Of a stretch of 64,000 nt of DNA, positions 55,082 through 64,000 are shown piece by piece. The stretch lies in NCBI GenBank assembly GCA_965243025.1, contig CBDETY010000003.1, positions 288,001 to 352,000 on the forward strand, read 5' to 3'. Each line of letters begins with the position of its first letter. The first letter of the stretch is position 1. This DNA comes from Candidatus Latescibacterota bacterium. GTDB taxonomy: Bacteria; Latescibacterota; UBA2968; UBA8231. The translations under genes were made by a program, and so were the position numbers. Under the pieces are notes generated by a model that worked only from the letters and a program-made list of their open reading frames with translations, was not told the origin of the DNA and made no database searches.

Positions 55082-56395
55082 GTGTCTGTTGATTCTATAC
55101 GCGAGAGGTATCGCAGGGTGCGCAACCACTCTCTCGAAATGGTGGCGATGTTGAGTGAGGAGGAATTTTACCACCAGGCCGTGCAGGAGGTGAGCCCGCC
55201 GGCCTGGAACCTTGGGCACACCAACTGGTTCTTCGACGCCGTCATCCTCGGCAGGTACGCCGGGTCCCTCGGGCGGGGCGGAAAGCTGTGGTATCACTTC
55301 AACTCCTACTACAAAGGGGCTGGCCGGCACGTGCGCCAGGCCTGCCGCGGCGCGGTGCTCATCCACGAAGCCCCTCTCCGGAGCATATTGAAGTACCGGT
55401 CCGACGTGGACGCGGTGATGGACCTCCTCCTCGACGGCGACCACGGCGAAGAGTTCGACCGGCTGTTGGAGTTGGGGATCAACCACGAGCAGCAGCACCA
55501 GGAGCTGTTCTACACCGAGGTTCTGCGAAACAGATTCGAGCGCCGCGCAGAAAGCGGGCGCATCTGCGGCGAGTCCCGTGTCCCGGGCTCGGTGGAAATC
55601 CCCCTCCGGTGGGTCCCCTTCGAGGAGACCATAGCAGAGGTGGGCAACGTGGAAGGTGGGTTCGGCTTCGACAACGAATACGGGGTGCACCGGCAATACA
55701 TCCATTCCTTTGCCATGATGAACCGCCCGGTGACCAACGGTGAGTTCATGGATTTCATCGCCGACGGCGGTTACGAGAACTTCGCCTTGTGGCTCTCCGA
55801 GGCCTGGGATGACGGCTCCATGCGGCCGGTGCTCCGGTTGGCGGACCGGGAGATTTTCCCCCGTGCCCCCCTCTACTGGCAACGGATCGACGGCAGGTGG
55901 CAGCAGTTCACCCTGCACGGCTGGCAGGAGACGGATCCCCACGAGCCGGTCTCTCACCTGAGCTACTTCGAGGCCGCGGCCTACGCCAACTGGAAGAGCC
56001 GCGGCGAAGACAGGATCGTGCGCCTGCCCACCGAGTCGGAATGGGAGCACGCCGCCCGGCGCACCGACGCCATGGCGCAGGTGCGCAAGAATGAGGCGGT
56101 GCTTCTGGACGGGGGGGTGCACCGGCCTGCGATGACGCCCCAGGAAGGGGGGCTCAAGCACATGATTGGCAACGTCTGGGAATGGACCAACAGCTCCTAC
56201 CTGCCCTACCCCGGATTTCGGCCCTACGCCGGCGCCATCGCCGAGTACAACGGCAAGTTCATGAGCAACAAGATGGTCCTCAAAGGAGGGAGCTGGGCGA
56301 CGCCCAAGGACCACATCCGCATCAGCTACCGCAACTTCTGGCCCCTGAGCTTCCAGTTCGCCATCCCCGGGTTCCGGCTGGTAATGGAATCATGA
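55082..56395 (+). CDS. egtB: EgtB-like non-haem iron sulfoxide synthase (DinB_2 + FGE-sulfatase-like domains), 437 aa
   Basis: AAGGAGGAG RBS; SPPAWNLGHTNWFF; iron ligands INHEQQHQEL; RLPTESEWEHAAR; GNVWEWT; EYNGKFM; LKGGSWATP. Confidence 0.8.
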   Translation: MSVDSIRERYRRVRNHSLEMVAMLSEEEFYHQAVQEVSPPAWNLGHTNWFFDAVILGRYAGSLGRGGKLWYHFNSYYKGAGRHVRQACRGAVLIHEAPLRSILKYRSDVDAVMDLLLDGDHGEEFDRLLELGINHEQQHQELFYTEVLRNRFERRAESGRICGESRVPGSVEIPLRWVPFEETIAEVGNVEGGFGFDNEYGVHRQYIHSFAMMNRPVTNGEFMDFIADGGYENFALWLSEAWDDGSMRPVLRLADREIFPRAPLYWQRIDGRWQQFTLHGWQETDPHEPVSHLSYFEAAAYANWKSRGEDRIVRLPTESEWEHAARRTDAMAQVRKNEAVLLDGGVHRPAMTPQEGGLKHMIGNVWEWTNSSYLPYPGFRPYAGAIAEYNGKFMSNKMVLKGGSWATPKDHIRISYRNFWPLSFQFAIPGFRLVMES

Positions 56396-56607
56396 GTGCG
56401 GATACCCGGTCGCGGGGCCAGCGCATCGGCCTGTGGCTCGGGCCAATCCTTTCGCGCTTACCCTGATGCTCGACCTGGCGCAGGGCAAGCCGGAGGTCGC
56501 GCGCATGGCGGCCCTTGCCGTGCTCATGGCCGCCTGGTGGATCACCGGCGCCATTCCCCTCTTCGCCACCGCCCTGTTCCTCTTTCCGCTGCCGGGCATC
56601 GAGCGCA
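56392..56607 (+). pseudogene. Truncated, frameshifted SLC13/DASS Na+/anion symporter N-terminus
   Basis: ATG overlaps the egtB stop (ATGA). MSADTRSRGQRIGLWLGPIL, frameshift near 56450, then FALTLMLDLAQGKPEVARMAALAVLMAAWWITGAIPLFATAL..FPLPGI, after which the sequence switches to repeat copy 2. Confidence 0.75.
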
Positions 56608-56712
56608 CCGGGGCTCTGCATCTACCGGCTGTTCGTCGACAGCGGCACCGGGAAGGACAAGGAGCTGCCGGGAACGGTAGCCGTGGCCTGCCAGACGGGT
56701 CTACCTGTCGGT
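56608..56712 (+). repeat. 105-bp direct repeat, copy 2 (degenerate family B gene tail)
   Basis: Reads PGLCIYRLFVDSGTGKDKELPGTVAVACQ versus PGIYLYRLFVDSDTGEDNELLGTVAVAY-stop in copy 1. Confidence 0.9.
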
Positions 56713-56715
56713 ACA

Positions 56716-57726
56716 CTAGACCCGCACCCGGCGCCCCCGCCTGACCGACTCGATCTCCTTGAGACACAGGCGCAGGCTGTCGCGGGCGCTGATCCCCGAC
56801 AGCTCCCTGGAGTCCCTGCCGGCGGCCACGGCTCTGACCGCCTCCTGCAGCTCGCCGACGAAGCCGTCCTTTCCGGGCAGCCGCGGCGTGCGGGTCCCCC
56901 CTTCGGCGGTGAGCAGCACCGGGGGCTTACCGGAGGAGCTGTTGTACTTGAGGGTCCCCCGCTCGAAGAACACGTCGTAGCCGTGCTCGAAGGGGCAGCC
57001 CTGCTTGGACAGCCAGCCGCCGCTGGCGGTCACCTGGGGCCCGCCCTCGAAGTGGTAGTGGGTGTCGATGTGCTCCACCACCCCTCCCTTGCGGATCACC
57101 CCCGCCGAGGTCACCGCCTCGGGCATGCCGAAAAGGAACTGCACGAAGTCGGCGTCGTGGATGTGCAGGTCGATGGCCGGTCCGCCGGTGCGGTCCAGGT
57201 CCTTCGGGTCCCACCACGCCGGCATGGAGATGACGCGCTTGAAGTCCGCCGCCAGCACGCGGCCGTGCTCGCCGCCGGCCATCAACTCCCGGATCAGCCG
57301 GAACTCCGGGAAGAACCGCAGGACGTGGGCCACCATCAGCCGCAGGCCGCGCTTGTCCGCATCCGCCACCATGCGGTCCGCCCGCCGCAGGTCGAGGGCG
57401 ATGGGCTTTTCGAGGAAGACGTGCCTGCCCGCCGCCAGGGCCGCCAGGGTCGAGTCGTAGTGCAGGGTCGTGGGCAGGCAGATGTCCACGAGGTCGACGC
57501 GGTCGTCGGCGAGCAGGTCCTCGATGCGGTCGTACGCCGCCACCCCCCGCAGGTCGTGCACCCCGCCGTCGTCGCCGAAGTTCCCCTGCACCCCGCGCCA
57601 GTCTCCCCTCAGCTTCTTCGGGTCCCGGGTGCAGATGGCGGCCACCTTCGCCCCTTTGACCCGGGCGATGGCCTTGTAGTGGGTGGCGCCCATGAAACCG
57701 ATGCCGACGATGCCGATGCGTACCAT
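56716..57726 (-). CDS. Gfo/Idh/MocA family oxidoreductase (336 aa)
   Basis: IGIVGIGFMG Rossmann motif; HVFLEKP; GGPAIDLHIHD. Confidence 0.92.
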   Translation of the reverse strand: MVRIGIVGIGFMGATHYKAIARVKGAKVAAICTRDPKKLRGDWRGVQGNFGDDGGVHDLRGVAAYDRIEDLLADDRVDLVDICLPTTLHYDSTLAALAAGRHVFLEKPIALDLRRADRMVADADKRGLRLMVAHVLRFFPEFRLIRELMAGGEHGRVLAADFKRVISMPAWWDPKDLDRTGGPAIDLHIHDADFVQFLFGMPEAVTSAGVIRKGGVVEHIDTHYHFEGGPQVTASGGWLSKQGCPFEHGYDVFFERGTLKYNSSSGKPPVLLTAEGGTRTPRLPGKDGFVGELQEAVRAVAAGRDSRELSGISARDSLRLCLKEIESVRRGRRVRV

Positions 57727-57898
57727 GGATTCTCTCCCCTTGGGGCGGCTACGTCAGCCGGGCCCCGGAAAGGGTGTCAAGGCACCCGCGTCGACGAGGG
57801 TAGAGGGTGTAGCTCGCCCCGAAGGGGACGTTCTCCCGGGATCCCCCATCAGGTGCGCTGCCGCCGTCAGGGCCCGGTTCACGGCTCGCCCCCGAACC

Positions 57899-58636
57899 TC
57901 AATCGATCCGATAGACCACGGTGATGGTCACGGTGACAGTGAGCTCCCCCGGGAGAACGGGAGTAGAGGTGCGGGCGGCGTCGGCGAAGGTTTCCTCAAC
58001 CTGGTAGGGGCTCGGCGGCCCCTGGAACCAGGTGCTCTCTGTGATGGAAAGCGGTTCCCCCAGCGTTGCGCCGCTTGTTTCCGCCAGGGTCCGCGCCTTC
58101 TCCTCGGCATCCTTCACCGCCAGCCTGCGGGCCTGGGTCTGCAGGGGCGTGGTGTCATCGATCATGAACCGGATGGAGTTGAGGACGATGCTGTTCCCTC
58201 CTGCGTCGGCGGCATCATCTATGACATCACTGAGGGTTTCCAGTCTCCGGACCTTCACCCGGACGGTGTTGTTCACCATGTAGCCGCGAAGTGTGCGATC
58301 TCCCTCGCCATAGTCGTACAGAGGATGGATGCCGAGATTTCCGGTCTGGATGTCCTCTTCGGCGATCTGGTTCTCCTGCAGGGCGTTGAGCACGGCGGTC
58401 ATCGCTCTGGCTGCTGCTTCACGGGCATCTGCAACAGTCTCCCTCTCGACAGCGACGCCCAGATCGAGCGTTGCCAGATCGGGTTCGCCGGCAATTGAAC
58501 CGCTCCCGGTCACCTGGATGGTCCTCTCTGCTGTTTCGGCCGACATCACATCCGAGCCGATATTCACATCACAGGCAGCAAGTGCCCAGATCAGCAATGG
58601 GCTGAGCACCAAGAGAGGGTCACTGCGTCTATTCAT
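57899..58636 (-). CDS. SIMPL domain (DUF541) lipoprotein (245 aa)
   Basis: Lipobox ALAAC; TIQVTGSGSIAGEPDLATLDLGV; AVKDAEEKARTLA; PGELTVTVTITVVYRI. Confidence 0.9.
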   Translation of the reverse strand: MNRRSDPLLVLSPLLIWALAACDVNIGSDVMSAETAERTIQVTGSGSIAGEPDLATLDLGVAVERETVADAREAAARAMTAVLNALQENQIAEEDIQTGNLGIHPLYDYGEGDRTLRGYMVNNTVRVKVRRLETLSDVIDDAADAGGNSIVLNSIRFMIDDTTPLQTQARRLAVKDAEEKARTLAETSGATLGEPLSITESTWFQGPPSPYQVEETFADAARTSTPVLPGELTVTVTITVVYRID

Positions 58637-58701
58637 GGGTTCCTCCTGTTCGAGAGGGAGTCAAGGGGCCGGTGCGCTCGCTGTGGGATCGCTACCCGAG
58701 G

Positions 58702-59886
58702 TCAACCGCCTGCAAGACGCTGTGCTCTACCCGTATCGGAGGCGCGGTACAGGGCGTGCTGAATCTCCAGGAAGCGCAGGCCGTCCTCGTTGGAGTTGGG
58801 CGGATCACACTCTCCACGGACGGCATCGAGGAAGGCTTGAAAGAAAGGGTCCTCCCCTTCGGGTCCTACCGCGTGGCTGAGATCGGTCTCCCAGCGTTTG
58901 ATGAGGTGCCGGTCCGAGGGTTCGCCCAGATGCCCGGTACCGCCCTCGAGGTCGGCTTGAAGGTCGAGCGTGAACTGCCCGCTGTCGGAATTCGCGGAAA
59001 TGCAGCCCTTTTCACCCCACAACCTGAAGCCGCGTGACTGGGCGGAGCTCCGGTCTTCGGGAAGGAGCGCGGGCTTGACCGAGTCGCTCATAATCAGAGT
59101 ACCGGCTGGGCTGATGGACTGGACCTCCGTTTCCACAGGCTGGTAAGGAGTCGGCCCCCAGTAGCCGCTGTGCAGAACACCCACGGCGCCGCCGGCAAAA
59201 CGGACGCACAGCACTATGGTATCCTCCACCTCCAGCGGCTCCCCGCACACGACGTCCGCAAAGCCCGTCACTTCCACGATCTCCTCCCCGAGTATGCGGC
59301 GCATGGAATGAAGGTAGTGGCATGCGAGATGGCCCAGGATCCCTCCACCCGCCTGCTCCCCGGAAAACACCCAACCGAAGTCATGGCGTCGCCGCCACCT
59401 CTGGTGGTCCATGCTCAGGTAGTTTATGCCGTAGATGCGGCCAAGAGTTCCTTCCGACACAATCCTGGCAGCCTCGCGAACCACGGGGGAGTCTGCAATC
59501 AGCGCCATGGTGAGGAGCAGCCCCCGAGCGTTCGCCAGTTCTACCAGGGGTGCATAGGCGTCCGGGCTGGTGGCGCCGGGTTTCTCCACGAGGACATGGG
59601 CGCCAGCCTCCAGGGCTGCCAGAACGGCGTCCGGCATCCTCGAAGGAGCCATGGTCACCACGGCCATCTGGATCTTGTGCTGCTCGAGGAGTTCTTCCGG
59701 AGAGGAGTAGACGCCGCCCAGTTTGTCTCCGACTGCCTGACTCACGAGGTCTGCATTCTTCCCCGATGGATCGGAGAGAAAGACCTTCGAGATGCTGTCG
59801 CTGTGGCCGAGCCGGATCGCCCAGCCCGTGCGGTGCCACCCCAGCTCCTCGGTGAGGATTGCCGCGTGCATGCTGTTACTCCTCAT
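58702..59886 (-). CDS. Gfo/Idh/MocA family oxidoreductase with a divergent N-terminus (394 aa)
   Basis: GAHVLVEKPGA; GGGILGHLACH; VEDTIVLCVRFAGGAVG. Confidence 0.85.
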   Translation of the reverse strand: MRSNSMHAAILTEELGWHRTGWAIRLGHSDSISKVFLSDPSGKNADLVSQAVGDKLGGVYSSPEELLEQHKIQMAVVTMAPSRMPDAVLAALEAGAHVLVEKPGATSPDAYAPLVELANARGLLLTMALIADSPVVREAARIVSEGTLGRIYGINYLSMDHQRWRRRHDFGWVFSGEQAGGGILGHLACHYLHSMRRILGEEIVEVTGFADVVCGEPLEVEDTIVLCVRFAGGAVGVLHSGYWGPTPYQPVETEVQSISPAGTLIMSDSVKPALLPEDRSSAQSRGFRLWGEKGCISANSDSGQFTLDLQADLEGGTGHLGEPSDRHLIKRWETDLSHAVGPEGEDPFFQAFLDAVRGECDPPNSNEDGLRFLEIQHALYRASDTGRAQRLAGG

Positions 59887-59901
59887 CGTTCATACGGCTC
59901 G

Positions 59902-61179
59902 TCACCCGCCTCGCTGAACCCCATGGGTCAGGCGTCCCTTCCTGCTGTAGAAGGGATCGTCCCTGTCCAGCGGAAGCGTGACCGGCCGGCGTTCCTCGGC
60001 CGACTTGTAGATTGCCCGCACCAGCTCCACGTGATGACGCGGTACCTCGATGGGCACACGGGGTTCCGTATTGTCAATGATGCTTTCCAGGAACAGCCGG
60101 GTCTGGTATTCCTGGGTTATCTGCTCGGGGATGTGCGCCACATCCGCCCTCAGCGCCTCCAGGGCCTCCAGGGCAGCGGGATTATCTGCCGAGGCGAAGG
60201 ATGTACTGGCCTGGGTAAGATCGGGAGGAGCGTTCTCTTCCGGTAATACCAGGAGGGAAGCGTCCCGCCCCGATATCTCGATGCGGCTTCGATGGCCGCG
60301 GGGTTGGCGGTGGGTAATCAGGGAGGCGTGTATGCTGCCTGTAGCACCGTTGGCAAAGCGGACCACTGCCTGGCTGAGGCTGTCGTGTTCAACCCGGCGC
60401 AACACAGGTCCCGAGTAAGCAAAGACCTCCACGACCCGGGACCCGACCACCCACAGAAACGGGTCTATGACGTACCTGCCCTGATGGAACACGGCGCCCC
60501 CTCCTTCACCTTCCCAACTGCCTTGCCAGTGACCGGAAGGTGAGTCCGGGTCGAAGTAGCTCTGCGGGCGATAGTTGTTCATCTCGACCCTGGCGCTGCC
60601 CATCTCACCCAGTCTGCCGCTCTCCACCGCACTCCGGGCCAGGGCCATCGCCCGGGTGTAGCGGGGGAAGCACTGCGAAACGTACTTGACCCCTGCCTTG
60701 CTTACCGCCGCAACTATGGCATCCGCCTCCTCGACGCTGGGGGCCATGGGCCCTTCGCTGAAGACGTGCCGGCCCGATTCGGCGGCTGCCACCACGGGCT
60801 CGGCCCTTACAGGAGGCGGCGTCTGAACAACCGCCACCTGCACCTCGTCGTCGTTCAGCAACTCCTCATGGGTGCGGTATTTCCTTATCGACACACCGGA
60901 AGCGGTCCCGGCCGCCTCCGCTTTCCTCAGGTGAGTCTCGCGGTTGGCCTTGCGTTCCTGTGGACTCCAGCCCTTGTCAGCCAGGACCCGTTGGCGGGAG
61001 GCTTCCTCCAGATAGGCATTGGTCAACATCCGGCGCCGCTCCTCGGCCAGCTCACCCACCGGGTCGGCCACCGCCACCACTTGAGCGATATCTGCCAGGC
61101 CGGCATACATCTGCACGTAGAGCTCCCGTGAGATACCGCCACAGCCTATGAATCCGACTTTCAGCGGCGTATCAACCAC
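59902..61179 (-). CDS. Gfo/Idh/MocA family oxidoreductase with a helical insertion (425 aa)
   Basis: VGFIGCGGIS; HVFSEGPMA (EGP in place of EKP); GGGAVFHQGRY; RFANGATG. Confidence 0.88.
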   Translation of the reverse strand: MVDTPLKVGFIGCGGISRELYVQMYAGLADIAQVVAVADPVGELAEERRRMLTNAYLEEASRQRVLADKGWSPQERKANRETHLRKAEAAGTASGVSIRKYRTHEELLNDDEVQVAVVQTPPPVRAEPVVAAAESGRHVFSEGPMAPSVEEADAIVAAVSKAGVKYVSQCFPRYTRAMALARSAVESGRLGEMGSARVEMNNYRPQSYFDPDSPSGHWQGSWEGEGGGAVFHQGRYVIDPFLWVVGSRVVEVFAYSGPVLRRVEHDSLSQAVVRFANGATGSIHASLITHRQPRGHRSRIEISGRDASLLVLPEENAPPDLTQASTSFASADNPAALEALEALRADVAHIPEQITQEYQTRLFLESIIDNTEPRVPIEVPRHHVELVRAIYKSAEERRPVTLPLDRDDPFYSRKGRLTHGVQRGG

Positions 61180-61470
61180 GATTCCCTCTCTTTCATCTCG
61201 GCGAGGATTCTCCCGTTCAGCCGCCGGTCACAGGAAAGGCTCAGGACCGATAAAGCGGCCTGAAGAGATCGTCAGTCTATGGCGGTGGAGAGGTGGTGTC
61301 GAGAGGGGAGCAGCGGGATGGGGTTGCGGTGGGCTCAGCCCCTTGACCGGGAGTCCGAAATAGGTGCCTCATATTTCTTATTCTTTGCAGCAGGCGATCG
61401 TGGAGCCATACAATCCGGGGCGGCCCGATATCGCCGCCCCGCCCGCCGAAGGAGAGGCAGCCTGACTTCC

Positions 61471-62901
61471 ATGCCGGACAGACGCCCCAACATACTGTTC
61501 GTCCTCACCGACCAGCAGCGGCCGGAGTGGGTCGAGATGAACCCGGAGATTCCGGTGCGCACTCCGCATCTCGAGCAGCTCGCCGACCGCGGGATCTGGC
61601 TGTCCAATACCGTCTGTCCATCGCCTGTTTGCGCTCCTTCGCGCTCCTGCCTGGTGGCAGGGCAGGAGTACGACCGCACCCGCGTGTGGGGCAACGACAC
61701 CTGTCCCCCTGACGATCTGCCCAAGTACCATCTGCGCCTGCGCGACGAGGCCGGGTATCACGTCATGGCGGCCGGCAAACACCACGTGGGCAATAATCAA
61801 TCCGGAAACCCCCCGCAGTTGCACCGGGGGATCGACGGCCGGCAGGGGCTGGAAGAATGGGGGTTTTCCGACGCGATCTTCAACGCCGGCCTGAACCAGG
61901 CGACTACCCTGATGCGCCGCAACGACATGGTTCCCCAGGATTCGTACATGGCGTTCCTGCACGAGCGCGGCCTGGCGCAGGAGCACCTTGACGACTACGC
62001 GCGCCGCAACCGGGAGGGGGTGTGGACGGCTACTTTTCCGACGACGCTGCCCGACGACGCCTATTTCGACACCTGGATTACCGGCAACGCCCTCGCCTTG
62101 CTGGATCGGGCACCTGACGACAAGCCGTGGTACCTGGAGGTGAACCTGCAAAACCCCCATCACCCCTGGGACATCACCGAGTCGATGCACCGGTGGTACC
62201 GCGAACCCCCGGTCGATTTTCCTCCGCCTCTGTTCAACACCGGGAATATCTCCCCTGAGACACATCAGGAGGTGCGCCGCAACTGGGCCGCCACGGTCGA
62301 ACATCTCGATCAGTGCCTCGGACGCCTGGTAGAGCAGGTTGGCAAGCGGGGGGATCTGGAGAACACGGTCGTTGTCTTCACCAGTGACCACGGCGAGATG
62401 CTCGGGGACTACAATCAATGGCAGAAACTGTCCCCTCTGCAGGCCTCGGTCGGGGTTCCCCTGGCAATAGCGGGCCCCGGGGTGGCTGCTGTCGGCCGCG
62501 ACGAGGCTCCGATGACGACCCTCGATCTGACGGCGAGCTTTCTTGAGTGGGCGGGGCTGACGCCTGGTGAAGCTCTCGACAGCCGCTCCCTTGTCGGTTA
62601 TCTCGGAGGAGGTGGGTACAGGCACCGAGATGTGGTGTTTTCCGGCCTGAGTGCCTGGCGCATGGTCTTCGACGGTCGTTTCAAGCTGGTTCGCGGCTAC
62701 GACCCGATGAAGCGCATCGGCGGCGATACCTTCGAACCGATGCACGTTCCACCTGACGAAACGAAGCGCCTGCAGCGCGACCGGCCCCAAATACTGTACG
62801 ATGTCGAGCGCAACGAAAGAGACGATGTGTCCTCCGCATTTCCCGAGGTCCTTCACCGGCTCGGCGCGGCTCTCGATGAGCATTTGGCTTCCATAGGATG
62901 A
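61471..62901 (+). CDS. Sulfatase (476 aa)
   Basis: MPDRRPNILFVLTDQQR; CAPSRSCLVAG; GKHH; NPHHPW; FTSDHGEMLG. Confidence 0.9.
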   Translation: MPDRRPNILFVLTDQQRPEWVEMNPEIPVRTPHLEQLADRGIWLSNTVCPSPVCAPSRSCLVAGQEYDRTRVWGNDTCPPDDLPKYHLRLRDEAGYHVMAAGKHHVGNNQSGNPPQLHRGIDGRQGLEEWGFSDAIFNAGLNQATTLMRRNDMVPQDSYMAFLHERGLAQEHLDDYARRNREGVWTATFPTTLPDDAYFDTWITGNALALLDRAPDDKPWYLEVNLQNPHHPWDITESMHRWYREPPVDFPPPLFNTGNISPETHQEVRRNWAATVEHLDQCLGRLVEQVGKRGDLENTVVVFTSDHGEMLGDYNQWQKLSPLQASVGVPLAIAGPGVAAVGRDEAPMTTLDLTASFLEWAGLTPGEALDSRSLVGYLGGGGYRHRDVVFSGLSAWRMVFDGRFKLVRGYDPMKRIGGDTFEPMHVPPDETKRLQRDRPQILYDVERNERDDVSSAFPEVLHRLGAALDEHLASIG

Positions 62902-63259
62902 AATCCATCCCACTGTTGGTGAAAAGCGGTTCTGCCACCGCGATTCGTCGGTGCCTTCCGAACCCCTCCGAGCCGGGGTCCGGGTCCTGGCTGTAGCTGA
63001 CCGGCTCGAAGAAGGCGAAGAACCCGAAATTGACCGGATCGCCGGCAGGCGCACACGAGTCGTGTAGGTGATCGACGATGGTTTCGGAAAACCCCACTAT
63101 CGAACATGGCTTCTGCAATGATTCAGTGCTGGCGTTCAATAATCTTTCCGGTCCTGGTCTGGGGATCCGCATTCCGAATAACCAGCCAGCGGTTTTATTT
63201 TCCCAACAGCCATTGAAATAAAAACGACCAGCCAATTCCTGAGATTGAGTCCCCCCGCC

Positions 63260-64000
63260 ATGCCCCGCCGCTCCTCGTCCACGCCCCCGAACCTGCTGCT
63301 GATCGTCACCGATCAGCAGGCGCGCTCGACCCTGGCCGCCTACGGCAACGACCGCATCCAGGTGCCGCGCATGAACGCGCTGGCCGCGCGCAGCACCGTG
63401 TTCCACCGCGCCTACTGCGCCCAGCCGGTGTGCGGTCCGGCGCGCGCCTGCCTGTTCACCGGCACCTGGCCGCACTGCAACGGCCAGGTCACGCTCCTCG
63501 AGCATCCCATGCACGACCACGTCCCCTGCCTGACCGATCTTCTCGACGATCGCTGGGCCTGCGGGTTCTTCGGCCGCAGCGGCCACCTTCGCTACGCCGG
63601 CGGGCCGGCCCCGCGCGCCGAGGGCATCGACGAGCTCGACTTCAACGACATCGCTACCGATCACCTGCTGCGCGCGCACGGGCTGACGCCGTCCGACGGC
63701 GTACGTTTCGGCAAGAAGGACCGGCCGGCCATCCCCGAGCACCTGGGCGGTCCGTCCAACATCGCCGCCAGGGCGTGCGACTTCATCCGCCGCCGCGCGG
63801 GCAGGCCGTTCGCCCTCACCCTCTGCTTCTACGAGCCCCACGATCCGTTGTCGGGACCCCTGGACGACCTGCATCCCTTCGACCAGGTGCCGCTGCCGGA
63901 CAACTGGCACCATCCGCCCGGCCCGGACCAGCCCCGCAAGGCGCTGCTGGAGCACCTGTATACCCTGCACCGCCCCAGGGACGGCATCGCCCTGCGCTCG
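63260..64000 (+). CDS. Sulfatase, runs off the right edge of the window
   Basis: Not in the ORF track. Manual translation: MPRRSSSTPPNLLLIVTDQQARSTLAAYGN...AYCAQPVCGPARACLFTG...FYEPHDP. Confidence 0.88.
   Translation, partial: MPRRSSSTPPNLLLIVTDQQARSTLAAYGNDRIQVPRMNALAARSTVFHRAYCAQPVCGPARACLFTGTWPHCNGQVTLLEHPMHDHVPCLTDLLDDRWACGFFGRSGHLRYAGGPAPRAEGIDELDFNDIATDHLLRAHGLTPSDGVRFGKKDRPAIPEHLGGPSNIAARACDFIRRRAGRPFALTLCFYEPHDPLSGPLDDLHPFDQVPLPDNWHHPPGPDQPRKALLEHLYTLHRPRDGIALRS

Noticed and set aside
55082-56395. The gene as the formylglycine-generating enzyme for the nearby sulfatases
   Set aside because: It has the DinB-like N-terminus with HxxxH iron ligands and the EYNGKFM motif, and lacks the FGE catalytic Cys pair (GGSWAT instead).
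54636-56712. The 105-bp repeat pair as a diversity-generating retroelement VR/TR
   Set aside because: The 14 mismatches are not adenine-specific in either copy (they include C/T, T/C and C/G), and there is no reverse transcriptase in the window.
62853-63107. Short minus-strand ORF between the two sulfatases
   Set aside because: No RBS or recognisable motif, and it overlaps the sulfatase 3' end; at most a gene remnant.

Overview
High-GC, gene-dense bacterial DNA. The gene content suggests an FCB-group organism such as Ca. Latescibacterota (inference): sulfatases, PhyH dioxygenase, ASPIC/UnbV and TPR proteins, a DUF6785-type membrane protein, and secreted proteins with a C-terminal TAVEEDSWGxIKA tail. 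The centre holds two divergently oriented, paralogous operons of uncharacterised exported proteins (15.6-33.1 kb minus; 39.6-54.7 kb plus) built from shared parts. Family A is four 925-991 aa proteins with a conserved acidic core and a beta-barrel-like C-terminus. Family B is six 677-1128 aa proteins ending in an FlgD-Ig/T9SS-like domain (TPNxDGxND...V-x-V-x-Y-stop). Each operon also has one SurA/PrsA-like PPIase and an adjacent family C gene with the TAVEEDSWGxIKA tail; the plus operon has an extra lipoprotein. This looks like an undescribed cell-surface export/assembly system, but the function is inferred, not shown. Also present: a complete IS1-family element with passenger genes, terminal inverted repeats and an 8-bp target duplication; an egtB-like gene plus a broken DASS transporter bracketed by a 105-bp degenerate duplication of a family B gene end; a candidate structured RNA near 8.2-8.35 kb; and sulfatase, phosphodiesterase and oxidoreductase genes at both ends. 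No rRNA, tRNA or CRISPR array was recognised. All family assignments come from motif recognition by eye, with no database search.
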